64,000 nucleotides of DNA from Escherichia coli (GCF_050920415.1 NZ_CP169309.1); one strand, 5' to 3'. Counted from the stretch's first letter, positions 14,684 to 26,830 are shown. Notes: generated from the letters alone by a model not told the origin. Numbers and translations are program-made.

Positions 14684-15352
14684 ATGTCCTTCACTCGACG
14701 CAAATTTGTTCTGGGGATGGGAACAGTAATCTTTTTTACTGGTTCAGCGTCTTCTCTGTTAGCGAACACGAGGCAAGAAAAGGAAGTTCGGTATGCCATG
14801 ATTCATGACGAGTCACGGTGCAATGGCTGTAATATTTGCGCCCGCGCATGCCGTAAAACCAATCATGTCCCCGCTCAGGGAAGCCGTTTATCGATAGCAC
14901 ACATACCGGTCACCGATAACGACAACGAAACGCAGTATCACTTTTTTCGCCAGTCATGCCAGCACTGTGAAGATGCTCCTTGCATCGACGTTTGCCCAAC
15001 AGGAGCGTCATGGCGTGATATGCAGGGGATCGTGCGGGTAGAAAAATCGCAGTGCATCGGCTGCAGTTATTGCATTGGCGCTTGCCCGTACCAGGTTCGC
15101 TACCTTAACCCTGTCACTAAAGTTGCAGATAAATGTGATTTCTGCGCTGAGTCCCGACTGGCAAAAGGCTTTCCGCCCATTTGCGTCAGCGCCTGTCCGG
15201 AACACGCATTGATCTTTGGTCGCGAAGATAGCCCAGAAATTCAGGCGTGGTTGCAGGAAAATAAATACTATCAATATCAGCTACCTGGTGCCGGGAAACC
15301 GCATCTGTATCGCCGATTCGGTCAACATTTGATTAAAAAGGAAAATGTATGA
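14684..15352 (+). CDS. ydhX: Tat-signal 4Fe-4S ferredoxin-type protein YdhX
   Basis: 222 aa from ATG at 14684; twin-arginine motif TRRKFVLG; Cys clusters. Confidence 0.88.
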   Translation: MSFTRRKFVLGMGTVIFFTGSASSLLANTRQEKEVRYAMIHDESRCNGCNICARACRKTNHVPAQGSRLSIAHIPVTDNDNETQYHFFRQSCQHCEDAPCIDVCPTGASWRDMQGIVRVEKSQCIGCSYCIGACPYQVRYLNPVTKVADKCDFCAESRLAKGFPPICVSACPEHALIFGREDSPEIQAWLQENKYYQYQLPGAGKPHLYRRFGQHLIKKENV

Positions 15353-16134
15353 ACCCGTCGCAACATGCTGAACAGTTTCAGAGCCAGTTGGCGAACTATG
15401 TGCCACAGTTCACTCCCCAATTTTGGCCGGTGTGGTTGATCATTGCTGGACTATTGCTGGTAGGGATGTGGTTTGTGCTGGGGCTGCATGCCTTGCTTCG
15501 TGCTCGTGGCGTGAAGAAATCAGCCACCGACCATGGTGAGAAGGTTTATCTTTACAGCAAAGCGGTCAGATTATGGCACTGGTCGAATGCGTTACTCTTT
15601 GTATTGTTGCTGGCAAGTGGGCTGATAAATCACTTTGCGCTGGTGGGCGCAACTGCGGTTAAAAGTCTGGTTGCGGTGCATGAAGTTTGCGGATTTTTGT
15701 TACTGGCATGCTGGCTCGGCTTTGTTCTGATCAATGCCGTTGGGGGTAATGGTCACCACTATCGCATTCGTCGTCAGGGGTGGCTGGAGCGAGCGGCAAA
15801 ACAAACGCGATTCTATTTGTTTGGCATTATGCAGGGGGAAGAACATCCTTTCCCGGCAACAACCCAGTCTAAATTTAATCCCTTACAGCAGGTTGCCTAT
15901 ATTGGTGTCATGTATGGATTGCTGCCGTTGTTACTATTGACGGGGCTGCTGTGTCTCTATCCGCAAGCCGTGGGAGATGTGTTTCCTGGCGTAAGATACT
16001 GGTTATTGCAGGCGCATTTTGCTCTGGCATTTATAAGCCTCTTTTTTATCTTCGGTCATCTTTATCTTTGCACCACGGGGCGTACGCCACACGAAACCTT
16101 TAAAAGCATGGTCGATGGCTATCACCGGCACTAA
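15349..16134 (+). CDS. ydhU: membrane b-type cytochrome-like protein YdhU (PhsC family)
   Basis: 261 aa; hydrophobic with multiple transmembrane segments; start overlaps the ydhX stop. Confidence 0.88.
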   Translation: MNPSQHAEQFQSQLANYVPQFTPQFWPVWLIIAGLLLVGMWFVLGLHALLRARGVKKSATDHGEKVYLYSKAVRLWHWSNALLFVLLLASGLINHFALVGATAVKSLVAVHEVCGFLLLACWLGFVLINAVGGNGHHYRIRRQGWLERAAKQTRFYLFGIMQGEEHPFPATTQSKFNPLQQVAYIGVMYGLLPLLLLTGLLCLYPQAVGDVFPGVRYWLLQAHFALAFISLFFIFGHLYLCTTGRTPHETFKSMVDGYHRH

Positions 16135-16137
16135 CGA

Positions 16138-16950
16138 ATGATCATTACACGAGCAGACCTGCGAGAATGGCGTATCGGAGCGGTGATGTATCGCTGGTTC
16201 CTGCGCCATTTCCCACGCGGCGGTAGTTATGCCGATATTCATCATGCACTTATTGAGGAAGGATATACGGACTGGGCGGAGAGTCTGGTTGAGTATGCGT
16301 GGAAAAAATGGCTGGCGGATGAAAACTTCGCGCATCAGGAAGTTTCTTCTATGCAAAAACTGGCCATAGATCCCGGAGATAGACCATTTTGCAGTCAGTT
16401 TGCCCGCAGCGACGATCATGCTCGCATCGGCTGTTGTGAGGATAATGCCAGAATCGCAACTGCTGGGTATGCCGCGCAAATTGCCAGTATGGGTTATAGC
16501 GTGCGGATTGGAAGTGTCGGCTTTAACAGTCACATTGGCAGCTCCGGTGAACGCGCACGGGTTGCTGTAACCGGTAATTCTTCGCGGATAAGCAGCGCTG
16601 GAGATAGTAGTCGGATTGCGAATACCGGAATGCGAGTACGCGTTTGCACATTGGGTGAACGGTGTCATGTCGCCAGTAATGGTGACCTGGTGCAAATCGC
16701 CAGCTTTGGCGCAAACGCCAGAATTGCCAACAGCGGCGACAATGTACACATCATTGCCAGCGGTGAAGATTCAACAATAGTGAGCACGGGCGTGGTCGAC
16801 TCAATTATTCTCGGGCCAGGGGGAAGCGCCGCACTGGCATATCATGACGGCGAAAGAGTTCGCTTCGCCGTCGCCATTGAAGGTGAAAACAATATTCGAG
16901 CCGGAGTCCGCTATCGCCTTAATGAACAGCATCAGTTTGTTGAGTGCTGA
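16138..16950 (+). CDS. ydhT: uncharacterised protein YdhT with nonapeptide repeats
   Basis: 270-aa ORF; last gene of the ydhY cluster. Confidence 0.88.
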   Translation: MIITRADLREWRIGAVMYRWFLRHFPRGGSYADIHHALIEEGYTDWAESLVEYAWKKWLADENFAHQEVSSMQKLAIDPGDRPFCSQFARSDDHARIGCCEDNARIATAGYAAQIASMGYSVRIGSVGFNSHIGSSGERARVAVTGNSSRISSAGDSSRIANTGMRVRVCTLGERCHVASNGDLVQIASFGANARIANSGDNVHIIASGEDSTIVSTGVVDSIILGPGGSAALAYHDGERVRFAVAIEGENNIRAGVRYRLNEQHQFVEC

Positions 16951-16955
16951 TAGCT

Positions 16956-18566
16956 TTACATTTGATCAAACGAAAGACGCCGACGAGCACGGGATGCAGG
17001 CTTTACGACCGCCTGAGCCATCGCCTCACCAATTTCTGCACATGCCGTAAGTCCCTGTACGAATGGCCGGTCGTGCATCAACCAGGGCAACGCGCCGAAC
17101 GCTACGCGCCCACGAATTTCTTCGGGTTGCTGTAGCGTATAATCTTCGCCAACATCAGGGATTTCATCCCCTGTTTTCTGTAATTGTTCGCGTAGTCCAG
17201 GGAAAGGAATATCTTTCACTTTAAGCGGACGCTGCCCGCGGGCATCAATAAAAACGTCAAACGAGTAGCTATCGTCTTCCGTTTTCAGGACGGTGCGCGA
17301 CTCATTAATTTCCATTTCGTAGTCTTCACCGAGGGCGAGAATATGAATGATTCCCGCTTCACGTAAGGCCAGTAGTCGACGAATAGACTCTGAAGGGATT
17401 GCCGCATAATTATCGATGAAAACCCGGGCAAGGCCTTTACTGAACCGTTTATGGTCGTGTTCATTCAGATGAGGAACAATTTCCTGTACGGCTTCATGCA
17501 GGCGCAGAATGACATAACGCCAGGGAACAGTATGTTTTTCTCGTTTATTGCGTTCGACTTCCTGGAGATTTTTTTCTGCCCAGTCGAATGGGTCGCGTTG
17601 TTTGCGCTCGGCAAACCAGGCTTGAGCAAAGGAATCGACATTCAGGCTCTCTAAGGCTATGCGTTGGCTCCAGTCTGGATCAGCAAATTTGATTTCCTCT
17701 ACTATTAATTCGAATACTCGATCCAAAAGGCCCTCTTCGCCTTTTTGAATCTCCGCATTTAATGCCTGTTCAGTGACGATGTGTAAGGGCTCGTAGGGAA
17801 TAGGGCAATAGAAATCGGCTTCGGGTAAAATACCCGTGCGCGACATCAACGTAATATTTAGCTTTTCACTTGCGTTATCGCGGTGAAAAACGACGTGTTG
17901 TTTATCATCTTCAATGAACGAACCATGCTGAATAGCCACTGCCATTGCCGCATCCAGTCCGCTCAAGGATGTTCCCATAATACCCACGTTACACGCATCG
18001 ACCTTTGCTTCCATCAGGCCTGACCACGGGCTGGGAAAATACGTTCTGGTTGCTTCTTCTTCATCAGGCCAGACGTGACCCGTCGCGATCACCGCTAAAT
18101 CAAACGTCTCGCTGGGTAAATCCTGATTTGTAGCGAGCATGACGCCAGCATTTATAATTTGCAGATCGGTAACCTGGCATGATTCATAAACAGCCACTGC
18201 AAATTTTTGCTGTCGTGCCTGGTCTACTAATCGTAAAAATTGATCGCGGAAATATTCGCCCAGCAGAATTCGCGGTAAAAACTGGCGATCGTGCAAGGTT
18301 TCTTTTTTAACGCCATAACGCTGGAGATGGCTGGCTTCTTGCTTTTGTAGCCATTCGAGATACGTACAATAAATCGGCGGTATTTCAATACTGGCAATAT
18401 TTGCCAGCATCAGTTTTGAGTTTTCCTCATCACTGTATGGCATCCCGACACCGGCTTCGTCAGCCTGCTCGAAGATAGAAATAGAAAGTGGAGTTTGTTG
18501 CTGTAGAAGCGAGAATAAGGTGTAGATCCCCGTAGGCCCGGCACCCACAATAGCAATTTTTTTCAT
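16956..18566 (-). CDS. ydhS: FAD/NAD(P)-binding protein YdhS
   Basis: 536-aa ORF; N-terminal GAGPTG dinucleotide-binding motif. Confidence 0.88.
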   Translation of the reverse strand: MKKIAIVGAGPTGIYTLFSLLQQQTPLSISIFEQADEAGVGMPYSDEENSKLMLANIASIEIPPIYCTYLEWLQKQEASHLQRYGVKKETLHDRQFLPRILLGEYFRDQFLRLVDQARQQKFAVAVYESCQVTDLQIINAGVMLATNQDLPSETFDLAVIATGHVWPDEEEATRTYFPSPWSGLMEAKVDACNVGIMGTSLSGLDAAMAVAIQHGSFIEDDKQHVVFHRDNASEKLNITLMSRTGILPEADFYCPIPYEPLHIVTEQALNAEIQKGEEGLLDRVFELIVEEIKFADPDWSQRIALESLNVDSFAQAWFAERKQRDPFDWAEKNLQEVERNKREKHTVPWRYVILRLHEAVQEIVPHLNEHDHKRFSKGLARVFIDNYAAIPSESIRRLLALREAGIIHILALGEDYEMEINESRTVLKTEDDSYSFDVFIDARGQRPLKVKDIPFPGLREQLQKTGDEIPDVGEDYTLQQPEEIRGRVAFGALPWLMHDRPFVQGLTACAEIGEAMAQAVVKPASRARRRLSFDQM

Positions 18567-18691
18567 TGTTACTTACCTGTACGCATTCTTTCGAATTTAG
18601 TGTTATCAGATAAGTTTGGTTGAAATTTTTAGAATTTGAGAAATTTCAGACAGGGATGAAAAGGGCGCTAACCGCCCTTGGTTAAAATCTG

Positions 18692-18997
18692 TCAGGCGAG
18701 TTTTGCCTGATTGATTTGACTCAGTGGCTCATTGACATCGAAAACTTTGGCGACAACTTCCTCAACGCCGAGATTTTTCAGTCGGGCAGTATGTTTTTCC
18801 AGATAGGCAAGGGCGCTTTTTTCATCAGTGAAAAGGTAGATCCCACCGGCTTCGTGGTTCTTTTCACTTTCTGTCCATACCTTCCACAGAAAACCAGGTT
18901 CCTGATTAATTGACTCAGCAAGCGGTTTAAGCTGCTCAGCCATTGCGTCGCCAAATGGGCCATTAAAAGCAAAATGAAGTTGTAACAAAGTTGCCAT
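18692..18997 (-). CDS. ydhR: putative monooxygenase-like protein YdhR
   Basis: 101-aa ORF recognised as YdhR. Confidence 0.85.
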
Positions 18998-19104
18998 AGC
19001 GATTCTCCTTCTGATAACGCATACGAAGACAGTGTAAATCTTTTAACGTATTGGATACAGAGAAGAAACAGAGGGAAAAAGGAGAAGACCAGATTAAGAA
19101 AATC

Positions 19105-19181
19105 TGGTGCGTCCGAGTGGACTCGAACCACCGACCCCCACCATGTCAAGGTGGTGCTCTAACCAACTGAGCTACGGACGC
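19105..19181 (-). tRNA. valW: tRNA-Val (anticodon GAC), downstream copy
   Basis: 77-nt cloverleaf with 3' CCA; anticodon loop CTTGACATG; valV/valW naming assigned by transcription order only. Confidence 0.9.
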
Positions 19182-19185
19182 AGGA

Positions 19186-19262
19186 TGGTGCGTTCAATTG
19201 GACTCGAACCAACGACCCCCACCATGTCAAGGTGGTGCTCTAACCAACTGAGCTATGAACGC
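19186..19262 (-). tRNA. valV: tRNA-Val (anticodon GAC), upstream copy
   Basis: 77 nt; same anticodon; differs from the neighbour by compensatory changes in the acceptor and T stems. Confidence 0.9.
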
Positions 19263-19288
19263 AACGTTGTAGGTGACAACGGGGACGA

Positions 19289-19317
19289 ATATTAGCGGCA
19301 GAGTGGGAAGGTGGCAA
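19289..19317 (-). promoter_or_regulatory. candidate promoter for the tRNA-Val pair (-35 ttgcca, 17-bp spacer, -10 taatat, GC-rich discriminator)
   Basis: Read on the minus strand; discriminator tcgtccccg is typical of stringently controlled stable-RNA promoters. Confidence 0.45.
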
Positions 19318-19568
19318 GAGGCAAAACGTATTTTTCTGCGGTATTTCGACCGTTTGCAGAGCTTTTAAGCAAATTGGCTATATTTTGTTGATTTGCAAGG
19401 GCGATTTTTATTCAGGATCGCATTTACATCTGACACAACCCAATAATCTTTATCAGAGTTTAAACAGAGTTGTTTGCCACCATCTCAAAATCTGTCGTGG
19501 ATAAATCCTCCGTAGCCTTTACACTTAGGTAGCAATAAAGGCACACAGATGCAGCAAAGGAATAAATC

Positions 19569-20825
19569 ATGGGATCTGATGCGAAAAACTTGATGAGCGA
19601 CGGGAACGTGCAAATTGTTAAGACCGGCGAGGTCATTGGCGCGACGCAACTTACTGAAGGTGAGTTAATTGTTGAAGCTGGCGCAAGAGCCGAAAATACC
19701 GTGGTCACGGGGGCCGGTTGGTTGAAAGTGGCAACCGGTGGGATCGCCAAATGCACACAGTACGGCAACAATGGCACGCTATCGGTCAGTGACGGTGCCA
19801 TTGCCACAGATATTGTTCAGTCAGAGGGAGGCGCAATTAGTCTCTCTACGCTCGCTACGGTTAATGGCCGCCATCCAGAAGGTAAATTTAGCGTTGATCA
19901 AGGTTATGCCTGCGGTTTGTTGCTGGAAAATGGCGGTAACCTGCGTGTACTGGAAGGCCATCGCGCGGAAAAAATCATTCTCGATCAAGAGGGCGGCCTG
20001 TTGGTCAATGGGACAACCTCAGCGGTCGTGGTAGATGAAGGTGGTGAATTGTTGGTGTATCCAGGTGGGGAAGCCAGCAATTGTGAGATTAATCAGGGCG
20101 GCGTTTTTATGCTGGCGGGGAAAGCCAGTGATACATTGCTTGCTGGTGGCACCATGAATAATCTCGGTGGTGAAGACTCTAACACTATTGTTGAGAATGG
20201 AGCCATTTATCGTCTGGGGACGGATGGCCTTCAGCTCTATAGTTCCGGTAAGACGCAAAACCTGTCCGTTAATGTGGGTGGTCGGGCTGAAGTGCATGCT
20301 GGTGCGCTGGAAAACGCGGTAATACAAGGTGGGACAGTGATCTTGTTGTCACCCACCAGCGCGGACGAAAATTTTGTCGTAGAGGAAGATCGCGCACCGG
20401 TTGAACTGACCGGGAGTGTTGCATTACTGGACGGCGCTTCAATGATTATTGGCTATGGCGCAGATCTGCAACAATCATCGATTACTGTACAGCAGGGCGG
20501 TGTGTTGATTTTCGATGGCAGCACGGTAAAAGGTGACAGTGTCACTTTCAATATTGGTAACATCAATCTGAATGGTGGAAAACTGTGGCTGATCACTGAT
20601 GCGGCAACGCATGTGCAACTGAAAGTGAAACACCTGCGCGGAGAGGGAGCGATTTGCCTGCAAACCAGTGCGAAAGAAATTTCACCTGACTTCATCAATG
20701 TGAAAGGGGAAGTTAACGGTGATATACACGTTGAGATAACCGATGCCAGTCGGCAAACTCTGTGTAACGCACTGAAACTACAGCCAGACGAAGACGGGAT
20801 TGGCGCAACGCTCCAGCCTGCGTAA
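19569..20825 (+). CDS. ydhQ: autotransporter-adhesin-related beta-helix protein YdhQ
   Basis: 418 aa; Gly-rich degenerate repeats; no N-terminal signal peptide and no C-terminal beta-barrel. Confidence 0.88.
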   Translation: MGSDAKNLMSDGNVQIVKTGEVIGATQLTEGELIVEAGARAENTVVTGAGWLKVATGGIAKCTQYGNNGTLSVSDGAIATDIVQSEGGAISLSTLATVNGRHPEGKFSVDQGYACGLLLENGGNLRVLEGHRAEKIILDQEGGLLVNGTTSAVVVDEGGELLVYPGGEASNCEINQGGVFMLAGKASDTLLAGGTMNNLGGEDSNTIVENGAIYRLGTDGLQLYSSGKTQNLSVNVGGRAEVHAGALENAVIQGGTVILLSPTSADENFVVEEDRAPVELTGSVALLDGASMIIGYGADLQQSSITVQQGGVLIFDGSTVKGDSVTFNIGNINLNGGKLWLITDAATHVQLKVKHLRGEGAICLQTSAKEISPDFINVKGEVNGDIHVEITDASRQTLCNALKLQPDEDGIGATLQPA

Positions 20826-20831
20826 AAACAC

Positions 20832-20865
20832 AGGCGCAACCCGTGAAGGTTGCGCCTTGTCTTTA
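20832..20865. terminator. terminator hairpin between convergent ydhQ and mdtK
   Basis: Stem aggcgcaacc-cgtgaa-ggttgcgcct followed by tgtctttatt. Confidence 0.6.
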
Positions 20866-22260
<1,395 letters not shown>

Positions 22261-22453
22261 TTATATGAGAGACTAAAAAGCCGCCTGAATGGGCAGCAAA
22301 AAGAAGAAGCAGGGGAAATTCAGTCTATTGTAGCGAGGATTTATTAATTCTCCAGTGAAAAAATAGCCATTCTTACCCCTTCACTGGTAAGGGCGTTTTC
22401 CACCTGCTATTGTGCTGAACAGAATGTCTTAACTGATTTCAGGAGTTGTGAGT

Positions 22454-23095
22454 ATGTTTACGGGGATTGTACAGGGCATCGCAAAACTGGTGTCGATTGA
22501 CGAGAAACCAAATTTTCGCACACATGTGGTTGAGTTACCTGACTACATGCTGGACGGGCTGGAAACCGGTGCGTCCGTGGCGCATAACGGTTGCTGCCTG
22601 ACCGTAACGGAAATTAACGGCAACCATGTCAGTTTTGACCTGATGAAAGAAACGTTACGCATTACTAATCTTGGCGATTTAAATGTGGGGGATTGGGTAA
22701 ACGTTGAGCGTGCGGCGAAATTCAGCGATGAAATTGGCGGACACTTAATGTCAGGTCATATTATGACCACCGCTGAAGTGGCGAAAATATTAACCTCGGA
22801 AAATAATCGTCAGATCTGGTTTAAAGTCCAGGATAGTCAGTTGATGAAATATATCCTGTACAAAGGATTTATTGGCATCGACGGTATTAGCCTGACCGTC
22901 GGCGAAGTCACGCCAACGCGTTTTTGCGTCCATTTAATTCCGGAAACACTGGAACGCACTACCCTTGGGAAGAAAAAACTCGGCGCACGCGTCAACATTG
23001 AAATCGATCCACAAACTCAGGCAGTGGTAGATACGGTAGAACGTGTGCTGGCGGCACGAGAAAATGCCATGAATCAACCAGGTACAGAAGCCTGA
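22454..23095 (+). CDS. ribC: riboflavin synthase
   Basis: 213 aa from ATG at 22454 (MFTGIVQG...); the ORF track starts 6 nt upstream at GTG. Confidence 0.92.
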   Translation: MFTGIVQGIAKLVSIDEKPNFRTHVVELPDYMLDGLETGASVAHNGCCLTVTEINGNHVSFDLMKETLRITNLGDLNVGDWVNVERAAKFSDEIGGHLMSGHIMTTAEVAKILTSENNRQIWFKVQDSQLMKYILYKGFIGIDGISLTVGEVTPTRFCVHLIPETLERTTLGKKKLGARVNIEIDPQTQAVVDTVERVLAARENAMNQPGTEA

Positions 23096-23101
23096 TCTGA
23101 A

Positions 23102-23124
23102 ATCGCCCCCGGAGCGGGGGCGAT
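23102..23124. terminator. GC-rich hairpin between convergent ribC and cfa
   Basis: Perfect 10-bp stem atcgcccccg-gag-cgggggcgat; weak U-tract. Confidence 0.45.
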
Positions 23125-23134
23125 AGAATAGCCT

Positions 23135-24283
23135 CTAGCGAGCGACTCGAAGGCCGTTTTCGACTCCGCGAGAGAACACCACCTGCCAGAGCTGAATATC
23201 ACGGGCGCGGAAAGCACCTGCACAGGCATTCAGATAATAGGTAAACATCCGTTTAAAGCGTTCACTGTAGTTATCCGCAATTTCTGGCCATGCAGCGAGG
23301 AAACGTTCATACCACGCCATCAACGTAGTATCGTAATCAGCACCGAAGTTATGCCAGTCTTCCATCACAAAGTGGGGTTCGCTGGACTGAGCAATCTGGC
23401 GTACAGAGGGCAGGCAACCGTTCGGGAAAATATATTTATTAATCCAGGGATCAACATTCAGATCGGTTTTTTTCGAACCGATAGTATGGAGCAGGAATAT
23501 ACCTTCCGGTTTCAAATTACGATCCACCACCGCAAAATAGGTATCGTAATTTTTCGGTCCGACGTGCTCGAACATCCCCACAGAAACAATACGATCAAAC
23601 TGGTCGTTCAGGTCACGATAATCTTGCAGCAAAATGGTGACATCCAGGCCTTCACAGCGTTCCTGAGCCATTTTTTGCTGTTCAGCAGAAATGGTGACGC
23701 CCACCACGCTTACGTCATAGTTAGACGCCATGTAATGCGCCAGTCCGCCCCAACCACAGCCAATATCCAGTACGCGCATCCCTGGTTTTAACTGCAATTT
23801 TTCACAAATCATTTTGAGCTTCGCCTGCTGGGCAGATTCCAGATTATCGGCATCTTTCCAGTAAGCGCAGGAATATTGCATGAACGGATCAAGCATGCGA
23901 CTGAATAAGTCATTACCCAAATCGTAATGCTCTTTGCCGACTATCCAGGCACGTTTTTTACTCTGCAGATTGAAGAGACGAGCGCTGGCAATACGCAGCG
24001 TGTCTTTGAAATGATGGGGGAGTTGGTTCTCGAGACCTGCGCGTAAGACTTTGCTAAAAAACATATCCAGTCGGTCACATTCCCACCAGCCATCCATATA
24101 ACTTTCGCCTAACCCCAACGATCCTTCCTGCAGAACGCGTTTAAAAAAATCGGGATTTTTCACACGAATATCCGCCGGGGCAGAACCGTTAATGGCTATA
24201 CCGGCACGGCTAAGTAATTCGTTGGCGATACGGTACCAGTTGTCATCCGGTACGCTGACTTCTTCTATACACGATGAACTCAT
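23135..24283 (-). CDS. cfa: cyclopropane-fatty-acyl-phospholipid synthase
   Basis: 382 aa; SAM-binding VLDIGCGWG motif. Confidence 0.95.
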   Translation of the reverse strand: MSSSCIEEVSVPDDNWYRIANELLSRAGIAINGSAPADIRVKNPDFFKRVLQEGSLGLGESYMDGWWECDRLDMFFSKVLRAGLENQLPHHFKDTLRIASARLFNLQSKKRAWIVGKEHYDLGNDLFSRMLDPFMQYSCAYWKDADNLESAQQAKLKMICEKLQLKPGMRVLDIGCGWGGLAHYMASNYDVSVVGVTISAEQQKMAQERCEGLDVTILLQDYRDLNDQFDRIVSVGMFEHVGPKNYDTYFAVVDRNLKPEGIFLLHTIGSKKTDLNVDPWINKYIFPNGCLPSVRQIAQSSEPHFVMEDWHNFGADYDTTLMAWYERFLAAWPEIADNYSERFKRMFTYYLNACAGAFRARDIQLWQVVFSRGVENGLRVAR

Positions 24284-24573
24284 AGTTTCTCCATCACTGG
24301 TCGGTGATCAGAACCTTAAAACAGCGTAGACGCTTTTTGGGCTTTGTGAGAAATCTCGCAGAAAAAACTGCGAGTCTATAATCCGACGTAGAACAGAGGG
24401 AAAGGAGGAACCCTTGCCGAAATGACCATCCATAGTGAGTAGGGAACGTTCCTGTCCCCATAAAAACATAATATTTATCGTAGTCTTAACAACTCGAAAT
24501 TAGTATAGGCCGCTAATTTCAATCATACAACAAAATTTTGTTAGCAGCCTAAGTATAAGCATATCGATATAGA

Positions 24574-25785
24574 TCAGTGTGATTCGCTATGCGCCACTTC
24601 GGCATTGCCATGGCTCTGGCAATCCACTTCTTCACTGCGTTGCATCATGTAACCGAGAGCGACCAGCACTACTGTTGATAACATCACGCTGGTGGTGGTG
24701 AGCAATGGCGTACTGATACTGATAAGCCAGGACACTACCAGACTTGCGAGGAAGCACAGACCCAGTTGTAGAGTGTTCTGCAACGCTGCGGCGCGACCAG
24801 TTGCATGTGGGAAAGGACGCAGTGCCTGGGCGACAACAATCGGGTAGATCGCGCCGTTGGCAATCGCCATCACACAGAATGGGATCAGGATTTCGGCCAG
24901 CGACACATGGCTAATGAAGCCCGCAGCCCAGGTCGCAATGACGCTGACAGCAAACAGCACCAGCAACCACGGTAATAACTGCTTGCCTTGCCATTTTTGT
25001 AGTGCGGCGCGACAGCCATAGCCACCAATCAGAAACGCGATAGTTTGCGGGACATAGCTTAAACCAATCACTGCCGGGCTGTAACCCATTTCGCTAAGGA
25101 TGAACGGTGAACCGGTCAGCCATGCAAAAAAACTGGCTGAACAGGCCGCGTAAATCAGCACGTTGCCGCGATAGGTTTTAGAACGTAGCAGATCGGTAAA
25201 GGTCAGACCATCCTGACTATTGTTACGGGCCTTCGTCGTGGGTTTAAGCCAGAAAATAGGCAAAATCAGTACCACGGTAATGGCAAACAGTGTGGCGAAA
25301 ATCGCCTGCCAGGAAAAATGGACCAGAAGCCAACTTCCTAAAAGAGGAGCCAGTGCCGGAGATAGACCCACTAGCGGCATGATGGTCGCAAAAATACGGT
25401 TAACTTTCTGTGAAGGATAATAATCCGTCACTAACGCTTGCCAGATAACCGCCGCGGCGCAGACACCTATAGCCTGTACAAAACGCAATACCAGCAGCGT
25501 GGCGGCGTTTTCAACCCACAGCATCCCCATACTACCTAACGCAAAAATTGTCAGGCCGATTAATAACACCGGTTTACGACCATAACGGTCGGAGAGCGGC
25601 CCCCACAGAAGCTGGGCTGCGGCAAATCCGGCAAGGAACAGACTAAGGCTGGCACTGACAGCAGACGCAGGCGTTTGCAGGTCGGCCTGTATGGCGGCGA
25701 AAGCAGGCAGATACATATCGGTTGCCAGAAAACCGAGTACGCTCAAACCTGCCAGCCAGACTAAAAATCTTTTCCCAGGTTGCAT
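24574..25785 (-). CDS. punC: MFS transporter PunC (YdhC)
   Basis: 403 aa; 12-TMS MFS. Confidence 0.9.
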   Translation of the reverse strand: MQPGKRFLVWLAGLSVLGFLATDMYLPAFAAIQADLQTPASAVSASLSLFLAGFAAAQLLWGPLSDRYGRKPVLLIGLTIFALGSMGMLWVENAATLLVLRFVQAIGVCAAAVIWQALVTDYYPSQKVNRIFATIMPLVGLSPALAPLLGSWLLVHFSWQAIFATLFAITVVLILPIFWLKPTTKARNNSQDGLTFTDLLRSKTYRGNVLIYAACSASFFAWLTGSPFILSEMGYSPAVIGLSYVPQTIAFLIGGYGCRAALQKWQGKQLLPWLLVLFAVSVIATWAAGFISHVSLAEILIPFCVMAIANGAIYPIVVAQALRPFPHATGRAAALQNTLQLGLCFLASLVVSWLISISTPLLTTTSVMLSTVVLVALGYMMQRSEEVDCQSHGNAEVAHSESH

Positions 25786-25897
25786 GTATATTCTCTAAAT
25801 CTCTCAATTAAACACCGCCGCAAAGTGTAGGGAGTGAAATTAGTGTTGTGAAACGGTAATATTTGATGACTGGTTTCAAAAATTTTGCAGGCAGACT

Positions 25898-26830
25898 ATG
25901 TGGTCAGAATATTCACTCGAAGTTGTTGATGCGGTAGCGCGTAATGGTAGTTTTAGCGCTGCAGCCCAGGAGTTGCATCGCGTTCCTTCTGCGGTCAGCT
26001 ATACCGTGCGTCAGCTGGAAGAGTGGCTGGCGGTGCCGCTGTTTGAACGACGTCACCGTGATGTGGAACTGACCGCTGCCGGGGCGTGGTTTCTCAAAGA
26101 AGGGCGCTCTGTTGTCAAAAAAATGCAGATCACTCGGCAGCAATGTCAGCAGATAGCGAACGGCTGGCGCGGTCAGTTAGCTATCGCAGTGGATAATATT
26201 GTCAGACCAGAACGTACACGGCAGATGATCGTTGATTTTTATCGCCATTTTGATGATGTCGAACTTCTTGTCTTTCAGGAAGTGTTTAACGGTGTCTGGG
26301 ATGCGCTTTCCGACGGGCGCGTGGAACTGGCGATTGGCGCAACACGCGCGATTCCGGTAGGCGGTCGTTATGCCTTCCGGGATATGGGGATGCTAAGCTG
26401 GAGTTGCGTTGTTGCCAGCCACCACCCGCTGGCGTTGATGGATGGCCCGTTCAGCGATGATACGTTGCGCAACTGGCCGTCATTGGTGCGCGAAGACACC
26501 TCGCGAACGCTACCTAAACGTATTACCTGGTTGCTGGATAACCAAAAAAGACTTGTCGTGCCTGACTGGGAATCATCGGCAACCTGTATCTCGGCAGGAT
26601 TATGCATAGGGATGGTGCCAACACATTTCGCCAAACCGTGGCTTAATGAGGGGAAGTGGGTAGCATTAGAACTGGAAAACCCCTTTCCGGATTCGGCATG
26701 TTGTCTGACATGGCAGCAAAATGATATGTCGCCTGCGTTAACCTGGTTGCTTGAGTATCTCGGCGATAGTGAGACGCTGAATAAGGAGTGGCTGCGGGAG
26801 CCGGAAGAGACTCCCGCAACGGGTGATTAA
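25898..26830 (+). CDS. punR: LysR-family regulator PunR (YdhB)
   Basis: 310 aa; N-terminal HTH; divergent from punC. Confidence 0.9.

Noticed and set aside
18659-18684. Hairpin aagggcg-ctaacc-gccctt downstream of ydhR as a terminator
   Set aside because: Short stem with no clear U-tract on either strand; too weak to call
19107-19295. 62-aa plus-strand ORF
   Set aside because: Overlaps the two tRNA-Val genes on the opposite strand; an artefact
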